The notes under the pieces: generated by a model
Databases searched by the model: none
What the model saw: only the letters and a program-made list of their open reading frames with translations
Told to the model about the DNA's origin: nothing
NCBI GenBank assembly: GCA_043228905.1
Contig: JBHGNT010000002.1
Coordinates: 21,824,001-21,888,000, forward strand
From: Azolla caroliniana
Taxonomy: Eukaryota; Plantae; Polypodiophyta
DNA: 64,000 nt
Reading direction: 5' to 3'
Position numbers and translations under genes: made by a program
In this document: positions 59,604-64,000 of the stretch, piece after piece
How the letters are laid out: each line of letters begins with the position of its first letter
How positions within the stretch are numbered: the stretch's first letter is position 1

Positions 59604-61789
59604 TCGTAGTTTGCAAAGTCAAGCAATCATTCTTCTGCAATGAGCAAGTGTTAACAGCAAATCATTCTCCTGTGAGGATTTTGTGATGATATTTTGGTTT
59701 TCACTTTGTGAAATTGTGTTGCGGATTAGGTTTCTTAAGTTTAGGGTTTCCTATGAGATTGATTAGAGAGAGGAGTGAGTGGCCATACATGCAAAAGCAA
59801 AGCAAAGGTGATCAAAAGCTACAATGGGTTGCCATTTTCTTTCTTTCTCTATCGGTGCGCGACTGCTGCCACCTACATATTCGTTCATTCACAACCAGAG
59901 AGTGTCTTCCCCCCCTCTTATCACCATTACCCGCATTTTTAGTTTCTGTTGTGCACACATTTTGCTGCTTTTTGGTCTGTCTATGTTCATGCCTTCCTTG
60001 GGCATAATTGTTGCCAGGAGTAAAGGGGTACTTTCTGCTACAAATTTAGTAGAGGCTCTCTGGCTGGTTATTATTGACAATAATGTAATGATGCCGTTGA
60101 GGCATTCTCATTTTATCCCGCAAGTCTTAAAAAATTCATGCTTAACTTGTAATGATTGTTGTCTGTTGTGTCTATTCTCGAAGGGATTTAAATTATGACA
60201 ACGCATTAATCATGTGCACGCCAATAATGCATTCTCACTTCTTATTGTTATATGCGACCTTTGTAGTTTTTGCTTTCCAGACTTAAGGCTATAAAGCAGT
60301 ATGCACATGTATATGTCGGTTTGAAGACAATATTGGTTACGAAACACAAGCATCACAGATGCGATAATTGAAGATTTACGATTATCACCAGCAAAATCAT
60401 CTGCATAGCAGGGCTGGGAGTGTCTTTGTTGATGATTCGAGTGAGATGACAGTGTGAAAGGAAGTCAAATGTAACTATATTGTAATAGTATTACGGCTTA
60501 TTCAATTATCATAGAATCAAACAGGAATGAGCAGGAAAACATTTTAATACCATAGAATCAAATCTTAACAACCTTGCTCAGTCGAATGCCAAATTGTTTT
60601 GTATGTGTGTACCATCATGTTATACATCCTCCTTGATCTCTTTTGGATCATTGTTATAGAAAGCAACTGATATATGTGTAGTAGTGAATGGCCAGAAAAG
60701 CAAGGTATTCTTTGTTTATATCTAGTTTGCTTCACCTAAGTGCACTTGAAGTTTCATAATGAGTATCATAAGTTGTAAGAATCAATAAACTTTGTAAGAA
60801 TCAATAATGAGTGTGGTGTGGTTTTGTGGGTCTCCCAATTCTCTTGCTTACTTGTTTTTTGTTTCTTAGTCCCATCTATCTTTGGGTTCCTTTCGTAAGT
60901 GTTGTATATGAAAGATGTTGAAGCGGTTTTCTCTTAGAGATAGTTGTAAGCATAGTTACCTATAAGTGCGAGGCCAATATCTTCACTACAAGAGTCTCTA
61001 CTATGAACTCGAAATGTCCATGTTATACATTATTTTTGGAGATGTGGGAAAAGTTCTAAGTTGTTGACCTTAGCACCTAGATTCTCTTCTTTCCTCTATC
61101 GTGCTTCTCCATAGAGATAGTATTGTTAGAACAATAATTCACTTGAGGTAGATATAAAAAAACAACACTTCAACAAATTTTTGTTTGGGATTTCTACAAA
61201 GAAACTACTACAACAAATTCGGCCGGATTGACATTGTTATCGTTATCGTTGTTGTCAATGTAAACATCATTGCATGCTCGGTGTAGTTCCATAAAAAGGA
61301 AAGCGGTTCTATATAGTAGACACGCACAACCCCTCTTCGACCACATAGTAACCGAATCGAATCGAGATGTATGTGAATATGTCTTCTACATGAGTCCAGG
61401 ATAAGACTCGTTCGTTGCATCATAACCTCTTTGTATTGTGTCGAATCGGTTGCGGAGGAGGCTAGCAGTAGTAGCAAGGGTGCTTACTGGATGAATGGAA
61501 AGAGATAAGTGTGTGTGTGTGTACATATATATATGTACATGAGGGGCAGGAGGAAATAAGAGAAAACTCCCTCCGAGGGTATTCCCGGAATTCTCATTTA
61601 TTTAAGACCTGCAGTATACTGCCTGCCCCTCCTATACAGCTGGCTAGGGTTTCCCTTCTTCTGCTGTCCCACCCTCTCTCTCCGACACAGACACAGACAC
61701 AGACTCTCAGACATAGGAGGAAGACAGGCGACGAAGAAGAAGAAGAAGAGGAAGAAGAAGAGGAACTCGCGTTGGCCATATCCGTAGTC

Positions 61790-62030
61790 ATGGCCGCACC
61801 TGAAGATGATATCCACCAGAATCCGGAGATTCAGGTTCAAGGTCAGGATCAGGGTCAGGGTCAGGGTCAGGGTCAGGGTCAGGGTCAGGTGCAGCCGCAG
61901 CATCATCATCATCTGAGCGCTGGCGGTGTTGGTTTGATTGAGGCCCGATGGGATGCTTGCTACGACATCGCCTTGCGCAGGTTCTTCTACTCCTCCCTCG
62001 CTGGTGCAGCTTCAGGTCTCCTCCTCTTCA
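61790..62030 (+). CDS. MIC10: MICOS complex subunit Mic10, exon 1 (rest not found in window)
   Basis: ..EARWDACYDIALRRFFYSSLAGAASGLLLF followed by a phase-1 donor A|GTAAG, matching plant MIC10 (KWDACLDL..RRFVYSS..G..GLLFFR). Confidence 0.85.
61838..61890 (+). repeat. Coding hexanucleotide (CAGGGT)n repeat encoding (QG)n in the MIC10 N-terminus
   Basis: CAAGGTCAGGATCAGGGT followed by further CAGGGT units. Confidence 0.9.
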
Positions 62031-64000
62031 GTAAGTCTCTCTCTCTCTCTCTCTCTCCCCCCTTCTCTGGATCATAATCACATGATGATGATGATGATGG
62101 GTGTAATAATGCTGATGTTGGTTTTGGATATGGTAATGATGGTTGTGATGATAATGGTGACGATGAGCAGTAAGTGTTAATTTGAAGCATGCAGACACGG
62201 ATGTAATATCGTGTAGGTCGTTCGTACTTTCCCTCAGTTTCCAAGGATTTGGCAGACGTGCTCCTGGATATTGTGGTAGTTGCTAACCAAGGATCTCTTT
62301 TGTTGGCTTTTCACCTTTACAATTGCTGAAGCCATAGCTTCATAGTGATGGGGTTGATAAAAATCCTGTTTTTCTTGCTTATGAACACTCTCTCCCTCCA
62401 TTTTCTTCTTATGTATCGAAGGAAAATATATGGATATCAATCACATGATTGGTCTTTGGTAATCTCACAGTTTCTCATGTTGTTTCACGCATGATCATCA
62501 TGTTTGTATGTATGTGCCACACGTGAAATCGATATCTGAAATCTGATATCAGATGGTTGCATGGTCGGGTGTTGGATACTTAACCAAGAACACCTTGCTG
62601 TAGATGTGTGTGATGAAAACGATATTGAAGAGGCATAGGAGCGCTTTAAACTGGCATGGCAGCAATTTGGACTAGCACTTGCCCAATCTGTGACTTTGCA
62701 CGTTTAACCCATGTGCTTTATAGGACCAATTCTCTTGTAACTAATATTATTTTTCATTTCCATTCTTCTCTGTTCATTCCATTCAAACTTGGAAACCCAA
62801 GTGTGTCAAGGGACGGAGTCCCTTATAACTAATATAACTTGTCATTGTCATTATTCTCCTCTTATTCCATAAAAAAATTTATTACCTGAAAGTAAAAGTT
62901 GCCGTGCAACACTTCACATAATGTGTTTGAATGCACGACACATTGTGAAAGAACAATAATTACTGTCCAATCTTCGTAAGAGAATTTTACCAAGAAGTCA
63001 GTACCAAGAGAACAAACAATCACACCAGTTGGAATGCTCAACTGTAGAACCCATATTGCAGAGGGTGGTTGCTATATTATTGAAGGGCGTCACAATGGTG
63101 CTGGAAACATGGAGGAGATGCTAATTAGAAACTAAAAAGTGCTAGGATCAACCAAAAGATATTTATTCTCTGGAATGGCTATGAGATAATTATTCTCATA
63201 ATTGGCTATTAGGTAATATTCTGCCAAAAAATATTAAAATTCTAGCAATACATGATAAATAAAACCTAATACATCCTGGCACTGCCTTTGTAAGGATGCC
63301 TGCAGCATATTCCACATTTGGATGGCATTTTGAGCATGTATCTTAAGCATGAACCTGGTTATGAACATAATGGTACAATATCTCAGTATGCTCCATCTGA
63401 GATGGGTCCAAAGCTCTTTGGTGATCACACTACACTACTGTATACCCACAGTAAGAGGATCTAGGTTCCTAAAGAAGGCCATTATAAAGCAGACTATCCC
63501 AAAAACGTGCTGCGCTATATATTGACACAGTAATGTACATCTCCATTTTGGGTTTCTCTTGATGCTCGAAGTGATAGGTCCAGAACCTAATACAAAAACA
63601 TAACTGAGTATTACTTTCATCAGCTGCGAACAAGGCCCTACGAATCTTGGATAAGGTCTTGTTCTACCATTGGTCAGCTTTTCATTGGTTGAGAAGATAG
63701 GTTCAGGTGCTATGCCTCCTTGTGGACTTAACAAGAATCTCTGTGTATGCTTCTGTTGGGGAAAGTAAATTGTTTCACATGTTTATCTGATCTCTCTGCC
63801 AATGGGGAAGTGAAGAAAGAAAAAATCGGTCATTTGAAAATCACACTTAAAGCATCCAAAACTGATCTAATCTTCTATGCGAAGGAATTGAGAAAATCAT
63901 TACAGACATTTATAGTCAAAATGGATTCTTTTGCAATTAGGACATTGGTAACAGCATGAGGAAAAGTTTTGCAGACTGAGCAAAAAGAACTTATCAATTC

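Noticed and set aside
62031-64000. Searched for MIC10 exon 2; noticed a GHYKADYPK knuckle-like remnant near 63480
   Set aside because: No RSP..RW..GxGxG exon found, so it probably lies beyond the window. The knuckle remnant is too weak to call.

Overview
Eukaryotic land-plant nuclear DNA, most likely a fern or other non-seed plant. This is inferred from a DYW:WW-type PPR gene, a fungal-style (Tcn1-like) chromovirus, an RTEX-like LINE and abundant (GA)n. Four spliced housekeeping genes can be reconstructed from GT-AG junctions and frame: a rhomboid-like/UBA gene (RBL20-like, first exon not located), an 8-exon plant coiled-coil protein of unknown function on the minus strand, an 11-exon PAM2+2xRRM CID protein, and exon 1 of MIC10. 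The centre holds a tandem cluster of three PLS-class PPR RNA-editing-type genes: two stop at the PG box, and one has a deviant DYW:WW deaminase. Two of them begin with a shared short exon that does not look like an organellar transit peptide. Two related hAT MITEs lie between them. Mobile DNA also includes a decayed Ty3/Gypsy chromovirus with an apparent self-priming PBS, a -1 frameshift signal and a nested solo LTR, a TSD-flanked truncated L1, an RTEX-like LINE embedded in (GA)n with relics, and many local tandem repeats. All calls come from manual reading; no database searches were run.
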